Positions 35,916-44,814 of a stretch of DNA of 64,000 nucleotides are shown here, one piece after another (position 1 is the stretch's first letter; each line of letters starts with the position of its first letter). Position numbers and translations under genes: made by a program. The stretch spans positions 9,169-73,168 of the IMG/VR virus record IMGVR_UViG_2882284595_000003; one strand, 5' to 3'. The notes under the pieces were generated by a model that ran no database searches, was not told the DNA's origin, and saw nothing but the letters and a program-made list of their open reading frames with translations. This DNA is from a virus (Duplodnaviria > Caudoviricetes).

Positions 35916-36748
35916 GCTCTTAGCTCCTTGTTGGCCAGCTTGGCCAGGTCACCGGTATAGCGCGCCAGGTCTGGCGTCCAGGCCGCGGCGCCGGGGTTGT
36001 AGCTCCAGCCTACGTCCGGCGAAATGCTGACCTCGCGCCGGGTCACCGGGTCAATGCTGCGGAAGGTGGCCACCTCTCGTTGCTCGCCGGTTCGCTCGGA
36101 TACCGTGCGCAGCGCAGTGCCCAGCCGGCCGGCCGAGGACTCAACCTGGATGCCGCGCGCCTTCAGATCATCGGCCGACAGCGCGACGATGCGGCAGCGG
36201 CAGCCCCAGCCGTTCGGCGTGTAATAGGACTGCCAGAACGGGTCGTCGTAGCGAAACACCTTGCCGTGTAGGGCGCGATGGCTGGGGCGGGTCTTGCTGT
36301 CCCGGATGGCGACATACATCCAGTACGGCCGGTCGGCCACGTTTTCGATCTGGGTCTGCCAACGGCCGGCCATGTACGCGGTCTGCAGGTTGGTGCGGTA
36401 GATGGTCTCCAGCCGCCTGGGGCTGCCCAGCTGCACCTCGCGCACTTCGCCAGTGTCTTCGTCCAGCACTTCCTGTTTGCCCCACCAGCCCTTGGCCTTG
36501 AGGACCGGCGTCAGCTCTTTCTTGAACCAGGCAAAGGTCTTGCCCTCGGCCAGCGCCTTCTCCACGGCGTCGCGGATGTCCTGCAGGATGTCCAGCCGCG
36601 ACACCTTGGCCACCGTGAACGCCTGGGCCTGGGCGTCCTGCCACAGCTCCTCCCAGTCCCAGGTAATGGCGTAGCCCTTGTTCTTCAGGTACTGGATGGC
36701 CTTTTCCGGGGGCAGTTTCATGCAGTACGCGAGGTCGAAGTCAGCCAT
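35912..36748 (-). CDS. minor head protein (Mu gpF / SPP1 gp7-like)
   Basis: AFTVAK...RLETIYRTN...D.KTRPSH...DDPFW...PNGWGCRC. Confidence 0.92.
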   Translation of the reverse strand: MADFDLAYCMKLPPEKAIQYLKNKGYAITWDWEELWQDAQAQAFTVAKVSRLDILQDIRDAVEKALAEGKTFAWFKKELTPVLKAKGWWGKQEVLDEDTGEVREVQLGSPRRLETIYRTNLQTAYMAGRWQTQIENVADRPYWMYVAIRDSKTRPSHRALHGKVFRYDDPFWQSYYTPNGWGCRCRIVALSADDLKARGIQVESSAGRLGTALRTVSERTGEQREVATFRSIDPVTRREVSISPDVGWSYNPGAAAWTPDLARYTGDLAKLANKELRA

Positions 36749-38213
36749 GCAGCCGCCCCCAGACTTTGGCGGTGAAGATGGCGCGGGCCAAGCGCTCCTG
36801 CAGGCCGCTGGCGTCCATGTCAGGGTATAGCTCGGCCAGACTGCCCAGCAGCTCATCCGGCTGCGCGCCGGCCTGGATGCGGTCGAACAGCGGCTGCAGC
36901 ATAGCGGCGGTGTCCGCCTGCAGCTCGTTGGCCGACAGCGCATCCAGCGCCGCGTCCAGCGCATCCTGGTCCGGCGCTTCTTCGTCGGCTTCGGCAAACT
37001 CGGCGCTGGTCGTGGCCTCTGGCTTGTTGGTTTCCACCAGGTCGCCGTCCTGCAGGTTGTAGGCGCGCTTGAAATAGGCGGAAGTGAACTGGGCGCCGGC
37101 GCGGGTCAGCTTCTCGTCGCGGCCGGCCTGGACTTCGTCCACCTGCTCCTGCTCCCACATCTCAAAGCGCGGGCGGTCGCCGCCGTTGAAGTTCAGCTCG
37201 CAAACCCAGCGCACCAGCTGGTTCAGCGCCTCCTCGATCACCTCCTTGTCACCATCGCGGATGTCGCGCGTCACCTCCAGCCCGGCCTGGGCCGAGGCGC
37301 GGTTGGCGCTGGCCTCGGTGGTCTGGTTTTGACCCAGCAGCGCGATGGAGACCTCGGAGCGGCAGAAGTGCAGCAGCCGCTCGTAGACGTCGGCATTGTT
37401 GGCGCCGTTGGCGGCCTCCTTGATCTCCACGGAGGAGTCATCCGGGACGACTGCCACCGCGTCCTGCACCATGGCTTCCAGGCTGTCCAGCAACAGGTCG
37501 GTTTCCTGGGTACTGGCCGAGCGTGGATGTTTGCCGACCAACCAGGGCGAACCGTACTTCTCGGTGAACTGCACCCAGAATTTGAGGCCGCCTTTTTTGA
37601 AGGTGGTAGGCCAGAAGCACATGGACAGATCGGCGAAGCCGTAGGGATTGTCGTAGCTGGCATCCTGGCGCGGCACCAGGAACTTGCGCTCGGGCAGCTC
37701 CTCGCCTTTGAGCGGGGCTTGCTTGGTGCGCAGGCGCAGCTGGTTGTCTTCGTCAAAGACAAACCAGTCGGCCGGCTTGCCCACGATGTCCACCGGCACC
37801 AGGTAGCTGCCCACCTTGCCCCACATGATCTCCATCGGCTGGTAGCCGTAGAGCATGGCGTCCAGCATCTCGCCGATGATCCGTGACAGGTTGAGGTCGT
37901 TGAAGATGTCGGTGATCGACTTGGCTACCCGGCTTTTGGACGCGCCGCGGTCCAGCCCCCACTCCAGCGCCTTTACCGCCGCCTTGCGGCGCCGGATGCA
38001 GCCGCCCACATGGGCGTCGGCGCGCAGCTCGCGGTAGACCTTGATGTCCTTGCCCAACGCTTTCAGCACCGGGTCCGGGTTGGGCAGATACATGCCCAGG
38101 CCGTAGAAGTCGATGCTCTTGGAGCGGGTGGCGATCTGGCTGGACAGCGACTGGCGCGGCTCGCCGAACTGGACGAACTCGGTGGGGCTGACCCACATGC
38201 CCTTTGCTTTCAT
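36741..38213 (-). CDS. portal protein (DUF935, Mu gp29-like)
   Basis: LPNPDPVL...D.HV...RRK...FTEKYGSP...LLGQNQTTE. Confidence 0.93.
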   Translation of the reverse strand: MKAKGMWVSPTEFVQFGEPRQSLSSQIATRSKSIDFYGLGMYLPNPDPVLKALGKDIKVYRELRADAHVGGCIRRRKAAVKALEWGLDRGASKSRVAKSITDIFNDLNLSRIIGEMLDAMLYGYQPMEIMWGKVGSYLVPVDIVGKPADWFVFDEDNQLRLRTKQAPLKGEELPERKFLVPRQDASYDNPYGFADLSMCFWPTTFKKGGLKFWVQFTEKYGSPWLVGKHPRSASTQETDLLLDSLEAMVQDAVAVVPDDSSVEIKEAANGANNADVYERLLHFCRSEVSIALLGQNQTTEASANRASAQAGLEVTRDIRDGDKEVIEEALNQLVRWVCELNFNGGDRPRFEMWEQEQVDEVQAGRDEKLTRAGAQFTSAYFKRAYNLQDGDLVETNKPEATTSAEFAEADEEAPDQDALDAALDALSANELQADTAAMLQPLFDRIQAGAQPDELLGSLAELYPDMDASGLQERLARAIFTAKVWGRLHG

Positions 38214-39814
38214 GCGTACCCCTGTGTGATGCGGGTGGCGGCGCGGCGGCGGCGGGACTTCACTGCCACCGGGCCTTTGTTGAGTTCGCGGCTGGCGTAG
38301 TAGGCCAAAGCGATGGCCACCGCGGCGTCGCCGTGGCGCTTGCCCTTGTCTTCGCCAGTGGTGCGCGCATCCGGGATGCGCGGCACGCCCTTGACCACCT
38401 GGACAGCGCGCAAGTCAGCCAGGATGTCTGCGTCCTTGGGCAAATCCACCAGGTCACCGTCTTCCAGCGCGGCCTTCAGCGGCGGCATGTGCTCGCGATA
38501 CCAACTCTCGGTCAACATCACCTGCTGGATGCGGCTGGCGCCGTAGCGCTGCATGGCGAACTCGGCCAAGGAATGGCCGTTGCCGCGGGCGTCGAAGGCG
38601 CCGCCCATGAAGCGTGGCAAGCGGTCCATCAGGTAGAAGGCGATCTGTTCTTGCTGGCGAAACGGCACATTGCGCAGCTCCAGGATGAACGGCACCCGCC
38701 GAACGAGGTTTTGCTGCTGGATCAGCGGCACATGCACGGACAAGTCGCCCGTGCGGCCGAAGTCCTCGCCATTGAAGCTGATGGCATCGGCGGGCAGAGC
38801 AGCCAGCAGCGGCGCCAGCTTGGCCTCCAACCAGTCGCTGCACTCGGCATGGCGGACGTGATCGGACAGCAGCTCGAAGCCATTCGGGCAGGCATAGCGC
38901 AGTACCGGCGTGTCCGCCGACATGCGCGATTCGATCAGCGCCCTGGACAGCCAGGCGCCGCCGCTGTTCTTCGGGATGCAGCCATATTCTTCATCAGCGG
39001 ATTCGGTATTGGGCGCGTTGCGGTACAGGTCGTCGCGCCATTTCTTTTCCGCTTCCGGCGACCAGGTCTGGCCGGTAACGTAGCAGATGCGCTTGTACAG
39101 GCCGTCGGCGATGGCGTCATCCAGGGTGATACGGTGAATGCTGTAGTCCTTGCGCCCCTCGCGCGCCTCCTGGATGTACTGATTGAACAGGTTTTCGACG
39201 CCGTTGTGGGTGCTGATCAGCCGCACCTTGTTGCCCCACATGGTCAGTGCCAGCGCCGCTTTCAGCAGCTCCTCCAGCGAGTCATGGAAGGCCGCCTCGT
39301 CAATCACCACATCGCCCTGCAGGCCGCGCAGGTTGGATGGCCGGCTGGACAGCGCCTGGATTTTGAAACCGCTCTTGGGGAAGCGGATCATGTACGCGAG
39401 GATTTCCTCCTGCCGGCCCTCATCCCAGAAGCTTTGCTCGTAGACATCAGCCTGGGCCAGCTCGTTGAAGGCCTTGGCGAACAAGGCGCAGGCGGCGATG
39501 TACTCCAGCGCCATTTCCTTCTTGCTGCCGACGTAGAAGGTATTGCAGCCCTGGCGACGGCGTGGCCGCGCCGCCTTGACCACGTTGCGGCCGGCCTCGG
39601 CCCAGGTCAGGCCGGTGCGGCGGCTCTTCTCCGCGAACATGATCTGGGCTTCGTCTTCAAACCAGCGCTGCTGGTACGGCAGAAACACCGGTTGTTCGGC
39701 CGGGATGGCATCGGACACGTCTTGCGGCACCACCACGCCGGCCAGCTCCAGCTCTTCGGCCAGGTCAATCTTGCGCGGCGTGCCCAACGGCTTGAGCGGT
39801 GGCTGTGCCATCAT
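38210..39814 (-). CDS. terminase large subunit
   Basis: LPYQQRW, EKSRRTGLTW, VIDEAAF, ISTHNG, GEDFGR, RHGDAAVA. Confidence 0.95.
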   Translation of the reverse strand: MMAQPPLKPLGTPRKIDLAEELELAGVVVPQDVSDAIPAEQPVFLPYQQRWFEDEAQIMFAEKSRRTGLTWAEAGRNVVKAARPRRRQGCNTFYVGSKKEMALEYIAACALFAKAFNELAQADVYEQSFWDEGRQEEILAYMIRFPKSGFKIQALSSRPSNLRGLQGDVVIDEAAFHDSLEELLKAALALTMWGNKVRLISTHNGVENLFNQYIQEAREGRKDYSIHRITLDDAIADGLYKRICYVTGQTWSPEAEKKWRDDLYRNAPNTESADEEYGCIPKNSGGAWLSRALIESRMSADTPVLRYACPNGFELLSDHVRHAECSDWLEAKLAPLLAALPADAISFNGEDFGRTGDLSVHVPLIQQQNLVRRVPFILELRNVPFRQQEQIAFYLMDRLPRFMGGAFDARGNGHSLAEFAMQRYGASRIQQVMLTESWYREHMPPLKAALEDGDLVDLPKDADILADLRAVQVVKGVPRIPDARTTGEDKGKRHGDAAVAIALAYYASRELNKGPVAVKSRRRRAATRITQGYA

Positions 39815-40380
39815 TCTTTACCCAGCAGAATGCGACGGATACGGGACTCCATCTGCTCGCTCATGCCATCGGCGCCGCGCAGCGCTTCCAGCTTTTCCTC
39901 CTGCTCGGCCAGCAGCTTGGTGCGGGCCTCGCGCTCGATGCGGGCCTGCTCGTCCAGGCGGAAGCGCTTCTGATTGACGCTGGCGCGGGCAAGCGTGGCG
40001 ATGTTCTTGGCGGCCTTGGATAGCAGCGCGATGCGGTCTTCCGGCTTGGTGTCTTCCTCGTTGGCTTCCTGCAGGCTGACGATGGACTCGAACATCTCGG
40101 TTTGCACCAGGGCGATCACCGCCTCGGAGCGGGCGTCCTGGTCGTCCGCCGCGCCTTCGGTCAGCAAGCGGGCGGCCTCGGTACTGGCCTTGATGGCGGC
40201 GAAGCGGCGCTCGATCTTCTGGCCGTAGCGGTGGATGGCTGATTTGCTGATGGCGAAGCCCTTGTCGCGCAATGCCCCCTCCAGCAGCTGGTAGCCGCTG
40301 AAGTTGCCGTCCATCAAGGCCTTGTCCAGCCAGTCGCGCACGGCTGTCGGCAGCTGTTCTACGCTGTTGCGACGGGCCAT
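39811..40380 (-). CDS. terminase small subunit (DUF3486, Mu gp27-like)
   Basis: R..SVEQLP...ISKSAIHRYGQ; precedes TerL. Confidence 0.9.
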   Translation of the reverse strand: MARRNSVEQLPTAVRDWLDKALMDGNFSGYQLLEGALRDKGFAISKSAIHRYGQKIERRFAAIKASTEAARLLTEGAADDQDARSEAVIALVQTEMFESIVSLQEANEEDTKPEDRIALLSKAAKNIATLARASVNQKRFRLDEQARIEREARTKLLAEQEEKLEALRGADGMSEQMESRIRRILLGKE

Positions 40381-40381
40381 G

Positions 40382-40693
40382 TCACTGGCTCCAGTACTGC
40401 GCCGGACGGGCGATGCCCGGCGCGCAGTCTATGGTGTACTCGGCAATGTCCACACCGTAGCGGGTCAGGTCGCCCCACCAGCGGCCAGAAGGCTCCTTGC
40501 GCAGCTTCACCAGCGCGCGGTCTGCCAGGTAGTCCAGCTCCTTGCGGACTTCCAGCGGCGTCACATCCGGGTAGATGGCGCGCATGGTCATCTGGATCAC
40601 GTCCTCGCACACCTCCTCGGGCCGAGCATTGTTCAGCGCCAGCAGCAGATACCAGCGCAAGCTTTCCCGGCGCACCTTGGCCTGGTCGATCAT
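40382..40693 (-). CDS. Mu gp26-like hypothetical protein
   Basis: RRE..RW..L..L...ELDYL.DR.LV...LTR.G.D...PGIARP. Confidence 0.8.
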   Translation of the reverse strand: MIDQAKVRRESLRWYLLLALNNARPEEVCEDVIQMTMRAIYPDVTPLEVRKELDYLADRALVKLRKEPSGRWWGDLTRYGVDIAEYTIDCAPGIARPAQYWSQ

Positions 40694-41031
40694 CGTTGAG
40701 CACCTTTCAGTTGGATGTTCTCGATCTTGAGCGCCACGGCATCCAACTTGGCCTCAATCACGGTCTGGTTGCGGACATAGTCTTCGCGGCGGACATAGGA
40801 CAGCGGCAGGTCTGCCTGGAACTTCAGAAAGTCCCGCTCCAGGCGATGCACGCTCTCTGCCTCCTTGGCGATCTGGGCCAGCAGCGCGGCGATCTGCGCC
40901 TCTTGCTTGGCGTCGCGCTCGCTCTGCCGCTGGTCGATCTGCGCCAGCAACATCTTGCCGGCGCCAAACAGAAAGCCCAGAAAGGCCAGGATTAGCGTTA
41001 CCACCATGCCCAGCTCCATCTGGATGGTCAT
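40690..41031 (-). CDS. membrane-anchored coiled-coil hypothetical protein
   Basis: N-terminal TM, LP..YVRREDY motif; packed in the lysis-packaging operon. Confidence 0.75.
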   Translation of the reverse strand: MTIQMELGMVVTLILAFLGFLFGAGKMLLAQIDQRQSERDAKQEAQIAALLAQIAKEAESVHRLERDFLKFQADLPLSYVRREDYVRNQTVIEAKLDAVALKIENIQLKGAQR

Positions 41032-41246
41032 AGGCCACCCCGTTTTCGTTGTTCCGCGCGGGCCTGGCAGTCCATGCAGCGGGTGCAGCCTGGCGCTGCC
41101 AAGCGGCGCGCTTCCGGGATGGGCTCGCCGCAGTCGTCGCACTGCGACAGGCTGGCGCCCAGCGGCCGGCTGGCGGCGGCCTGAGCCGCCAGAGATGCCG
41201 CCAGATACAGCGCCTCCAGTTCCTGGGCGCGGTCAAACTCATCCAT
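41028..41246 (-). CDS. TraR/DksA C4 zinc-finger protein
   Basis: MDEFDRAQELE...CDDCGEPIPEARR.A.PGCTRCMDCQ. Confidence 0.9.
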   Translation of the reverse strand: MDEFDRAQELEALYLAASLAAQAAASRPLGASLSQCDDCGEPIPEARRLAAPGCTRCMDCQARAEQRKRGGL

Positions 41247-41832
41247 GGCTGGCCTCCTGGTACAGCCGGATGAAACCATCCACGCGGGTTTCCAGCTCCT
41301 GGCACCAGCGGCCGTAATCGGCGGCGTGGTTCAGTAAGTCTGCGGGCGGTAGCCCGCGCTCGGCGGCGCCGGCTTGGCTGGCTTCACCAGCATTTCCGGC
41401 GTCGGCTGCGGGCAGACCCGGATCACGTTCGGGATAGCCGAGGGCGGCGCGGTAGAGCCGCAGGCTGTCAGGACCAAGGCCAGTCCAAGCCTGGCCATCG
41501 TTGCGAGTCGCATCGGCTATCCTTTCCTTGAGTTGGACCTGGCTGCGCGCCAGCTGGCCCTGGGTTTGCAACAGCTGCCAGCCCACCTGGTGGGCCAGGT
41601 CGGTCAAGCGCGCTTGCTCTGCATTGGCCGCCGCCAGCGCCTGGCTTTGTTTCTCTGCCTTCTGCAGCAGCTCGGCAGCGTGCGCGGCTTCTTGCTTGGC
41701 CATCTTGGCCTCGTAGACGCGGGTGGCTTGGCCTTGGCCGCTGCCGTAACCGACGAAACCCGCCACGCCCAGGGTGACGCCGCACAGTGCTACGCGCAGG
41801 ACATTGAGCAGCAAGGGGCTGGCGCTAAGCAT
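41239..41832 (-). CDS. putative inner-membrane spanin (Rz-like)
   Basis: N-terminal TM plus coiled coil in the lysis cluster. Confidence 0.7.
   Translation of the reverse strand: MLSASPLLLNVLRVALCGVTLGVAGFVGYGSGQGQATRVYEAKMAKQEAAHAAELLQKAEKQSQALAAANAEQARLTDLAHQVGWQLLQTQGQLARSQVQLKERIADATRNDGQAWTGLGPDSLRLYRAALGYPERDPGLPAADAGNAGEASQAGAAERGLPPADLLNHAADYGRWCQELETRVDGFIRLYQEASHG
41331..41513 (-). CDS. putative embedded outer-membrane spanin (Rz1-like lipoprotein)
   Basis: Lipobox LTAC-GS and Pro-rich mature part, fully nested in the Rz-like gene in another frame. Confidence 0.65.
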   Translation of the reverse strand: MRLATMARLGLALVLTACGSTAPPSAIPNVIRVCPQPTPEMLVKPAKPAPPSAGYRPQTY

Positions 41833-42055
41833 TGTTGGCCTCCTTGCTGTCGCGCTTGGTGGCGATCCAGCTGCGAGCCGCGGAGTAGCCGCCCACCACG
41901 CCCAGGTAGATCAGCCAGACCTCGGCGGTCAGCGTGCCGGCCACGCCTTGGTAAACGAACATGCCGGTGGCGGCCGCGCAGGCCACATTGGCCCACAGCT
42001 TGCTATGGCTGAGTCGCCCTGTGGTCGGATTGGTGAAGAGGTCGGCCAGGGTCAT
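41825..42055 (-). CDS. putative holin (DUF2644-like)
   Basis: TNPTTGRLSHSKLWANVA, two TM segments, basic C-terminus. Confidence 0.75.
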   Translation of the reverse strand: MTLADLFTNPTTGRLSHSKLWANVACAAATGMFVYQGVAGTLTAEVWLIYLGVVGGYSAARSWIATKRDSKEANNA

Positions 42056-42462
42056 TGGTATCCCCGCGCCAGAGCGAAGTGCGGAAATTCGCGGAACGGC
42101 GCGCCTGGGCGGCCGTACCAGTTGAGGCCCAGCTCCATGCCGATGCGGCCGGCGGTTTGCCAAGCGGGGTGCCGGTCTTCCCACATCGGCTTGCCATTCA
42201 CCAGCGGGACGATGTCGAAGGCGCGCGCGGCGGGCTTGCCGTTGATCATCACGTTGTGTTCGGACTGGCCGCCTTTGGCATTGGTGACGCGCGGGCCAGG
42301 ATTGCCGTTACGGCCCTGGGCGTAGAGCTGGTCCTGCTCGGCCGGCGAGCGCCAGGTGCAGGTGATGAGGATGTCGAGGCCGGCAGCCTGGCAGCGCTGC
42401 AGGAACGTCCGGCAAAGCGGCTGCAGGTCCGGGTGAAGGTCTTCGATCTTGCGGCTGGGCAT
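42052..42462 (-). CDS. M15-family peptidase endolysin
   Basis: R...EQ..LYAQGR...VTNAKGGQSEHN...AFD...E.PHF; GGAGG RBS. Confidence 0.93.
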   Translation of the reverse strand: MPSRKIEDLHPDLQPLCRTFLQRCQAAGLDILITCTWRSPAEQDQLYAQGRNGNPGPRVTNAKGGQSEHNVMINGKPAARAFDIVPLVNGKPMWEDRHPAWQTAGRIGMELGLNWYGRPGAPFREFPHFALARGYQ

Positions 42463-42482
42463 GGTTCCCTCCTGTCAAAATG

Positions 42483-42514
42483 AAACATGCCACCCATTGT
42501 GGGGTGGCATGTTT
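42483..42514 (-). terminator. 13-bp hairpin between repressor operon and lysis genes
   Basis: AAACATGCCACCC-N6-GGGTGGCATGTTT. Confidence 0.6.
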
Positions 42515-42538
42515 GGAGGGGCGTTTAATGCGCTTTAA
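42496..42538 (-). promoter_or_regulatory. Mor/C-type late promoter 1 (lysis)
   Basis: TTAA-N6-TTAA at 42525-42538, 23-nt spacer, CACAAT -10. Confidence 0.75.
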
Positions 42539-42568
42539 AGCATGGACTTACAGGGCAGAAATGGCTTG

Positions 42569-43381
42569 CTAGGTTGATTTCTTGCAATGCGCAGGTTTGG
42601 CTTGCTCTACTATTTGCCCGGTTTGCTTATCAACGTCATACACAGTCAAGCATTCTCGTCCGCCGAATTTCTTTTTCAGCTCAGCATCTTCTGCGGCGAC
42701 AGCCGATTTGATTTGACTATCCGTTGCGCGAAGCTGTTGCTCACACTTCTGCTTGGCCTTGTGATAAGCCGCTTCATCCTTACGCAGGTATTTCGTACTC
42801 TCTACAGTTCTCTCTCGCGTCGCCGAATAAGACAGCGACTGGAGCTGTAGCGCGGCATCTTGGCAATATGCAAAATGCTCACGTTGATCATCAGGCTGAC
42901 GCTCTATCAAGGTCGGCCAACGTTCAAGCTCTGCTTGCAGTGGCTTCTGCACATGTTTGATGATGCCAGTGCCATCTCCTAACTGAATACCATCAATTAA
43001 CGACTGTTCCGCTTCATTGATCACCCGCAAAGTGCCTTTGGCAAACTGCCGGGCTTCGGTCAGCCCCATCGGCTTGACATGCTCTGGTATGGCTTGCTTT
43101 GCTTCAACTTGTGTGAGCTTTTTCTGACTGGGAGCAGATGCAACAGTAGGTGCCGTCGATTCCTGGAGAGTGGATGCCGTTGAAGCGCCTTCCGGGGCGA
43201 AAAAACCTGCTGCTACTAGCGCAACTAATGACAGCATTCCCCCACCCAGCAAAAAGTGAAGCCGCTTTGGCACTTCCTCCGTTTTTTTTCCTTTGAATAA
43301 GGATGGGGCAACCGTGCCAATGATCGCTATCAGTGAAAAAAACAAGCCGATCAGCCCAAAAATACTTGCCACCATAGACAT
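42569..43381 (-). CDS. hypothetical membrane protein (2 TM plus soluble domain)
   Basis: GGAGAGG RBS, two N-terminal hydrophobic helices, S/T/A linker, four Cys; downstream of repressor. Confidence 0.8.
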   Translation of the reverse strand: MSMVASIFGLIGLFFSLIAIIGTVAPSLFKGKKTEEVPKRLHFLLGGGMLSLVALVAAGFFAPEGASTASTLQESTAPTVASAPSQKKLTQVEAKQAIPEHVKPMGLTEARQFAKGTLRVINEAEQSLIDGIQLGDGTGIIKHVQKPLQAELERWPTLIERQPDDQREHFAYCQDAALQLQSLSYSATRERTVESTKYLRKDEAAYHKAKQKCEQQLRATDSQIKSAVAAEDAELKKKFGGRECLTVYDVDKQTGQIVEQAKPAHCKKST

Positions 43382-43481
43382 GGACCTCTCCCGACATGAG
43401 TAGTATTAGGAAACCTGCTGATGAACGCAGCAGGTTAGGTTTCATACGAATACCGCAACAGTACGGCATCTGGGAACAGAC

Positions 43482-44237
43482 TCAGCGTTTGCGCAGCTTA
43501 TGGGCAACGTGCAATGGTTGCCAATATGCCACTTGACCATTCTGGCCTGCTAAACACTGGATGTCTGGCGCATTTGGAAAGTCGATAATGCTGCCCAGCC
43601 GATACATTTGGCCTTGGTAGTTGCACTCATGCTGCTGACTCTGCAACTGCGCCTTAAGCGCGCTGGCCTGGGCTGATGAAGTATGGCTTAGATAGCCTAG
43701 GGAAATTGAAATCCCTATTGCCAGCACACTGATGGCAATCAAAACTTTCACACTGCGCTGCGCTTCGCTTAATGCCTGGGCACTGGCCACGCAATCCTCG
43801 CAAACAGTCTTATACCTGAGAGCCGGCTGCGTATAAGCGCTATAAGATGGCGCGGCTACATCATTGGCCGTTTTTTTGCTGGCCTTGTGTTCTGCAGCGT
43901 AAATTTCTTTCTTTAGCCAGCTATAGGCTTCTCGGAACCACTCAATCGGCAAGTCTTTGTACATCTTGCCGTGGAACTGGTTGGAAAAGCTGCGCCATAC
44001 TTTTTCCATGTCACGTCCGCTGGCATTGGCAAGTTGCCGTACTAAATCCCGTATTTCATTTTGTTGTTGGAGTGTTAGCAGTTCCCCTGAGAGCAACTCT
44101 TCTCCACTACGGTCAACGTGGAGATTAATCACGTTATTATTATTGAAAAACGGGGATTGATTGGTGATATCCCCGTTAATGTTTTGCTCGTTGTAGTCGT
44201 TCTGGGCTACTCGATTGTTACTGCCCTCGGTCTTCAT
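43482..44237 (-). CDS. membrane protein: N/G/Q-rich N-terminus, ORF6C-like helical domain, CxxC, TM, small Cys domain
   Basis: AAGGA RBS and ATG 44237 overlapping the repressor end; VWRSFSNQFHGKMYKDLPIEWFREAYSWL; TM VLIAISVLAIGISISLGYL; CNYQGQMYRLGS...QC...W. Confidence 0.75.
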   Translation of the reverse strand: MKTEGSNNRVAQNDYNEQNINGDITNQSPFFNNNNVINLHVDRSGEELLSGELLTLQQQNEIRDLVRQLANASGRDMEKVWRSFSNQFHGKMYKDLPIEWFREAYSWLKKEIYAAEHKASKKTANDVAAPSYSAYTQPALRYKTVCEDCVASAQALSEAQRSVKVLIAISVLAIGISISLGYLSHTSSAQASALKAQLQSQQHECNYQGQMYRLGSIIDFPNAPDIQCLAGQNGQVAYWQPLHVAHKLRKR

Positions 44238-44694
44238 CGTCCTTGCTGCCTTTCGCACCGTGATACTCGCGGTAATTCTGGCCAGCCACCCGGTTGCCAG
44301 AACCACTCACGACAATTCCCTTGGCATTATCATCGCACGGGACTGTACTAACTGGCACTGACCTAAGGGCTAGTTTCGTGACGGCTTTGGCCAACTGGTT
44401 GGCATCCACCTTCTTTTCCAACGACAGCAAATCGATCGCGTCCAGCACCGCTTGATGGACAGCGGATTCGCCTATGCCCTGGCCTTGGCGTTGGCCTAGA
44501 AGGACATATTGCACATCAACGCCAGCTGCCGCCAAAGCTGCCAGCTGTACGGCTGTTGGAGATGAAACCCCTTTTTCCCAGTCGACAAGAGTACGCCTCT
44601 TCGCGCCTGCCTTATCTGCAAAAACCTCTTGCGTAAGGCCGAGACGTTCACGCTCTTCTTTGAGTCTCAACTCAATCAAAGTGCAAATCTCCAC
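44218..44694 (-). CDS. prophage repressor (XRE HTH, no peptidase domain)
   Basis: RLKEERERLGLTQEVFA...WEKG.SSP...GVDVQYVLLG; divergent from the Ner-like gene. Confidence 0.9.
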   Translation of the reverse strand: MEICTLIELRLKEERERLGLTQEVFADKAGAKRRTLVDWEKGVSSPTAVQLAALAAAGVDVQYVLLGQRQGQGIGESAVHQAVLDAIDLLSLEKKVDANQLAKAVTKLALRSVPVSTVPCDDNAKGIVVSGSGNRVAGQNYREYHGAKGSKDDEDRGQ

Positions 44695-44705
44695 TCAAAA
44701 TAATG

Positions 44706-44734
44706 TTGACATGTGCAGATTTCTGCACAATACT
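44706..44734 (+). promoter_or_regulatory. early promoter with palindromic operator
   Basis: TTGACA at 44706, 17 nt, AATACT; TGTGCAGA-tt-TCTGCACA at 44712-44729 fills the spacer; a weaker related site overlaps the repressor start. Confidence 0.75.
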
Positions 44735-44814
44735 CAACTCACACCGTCCCACCACGAACGGCAACTTAAGCGGCACTCTCCCAAGCGCCGCCGCCCCTTG
44801 AATAGGAGCTAACC

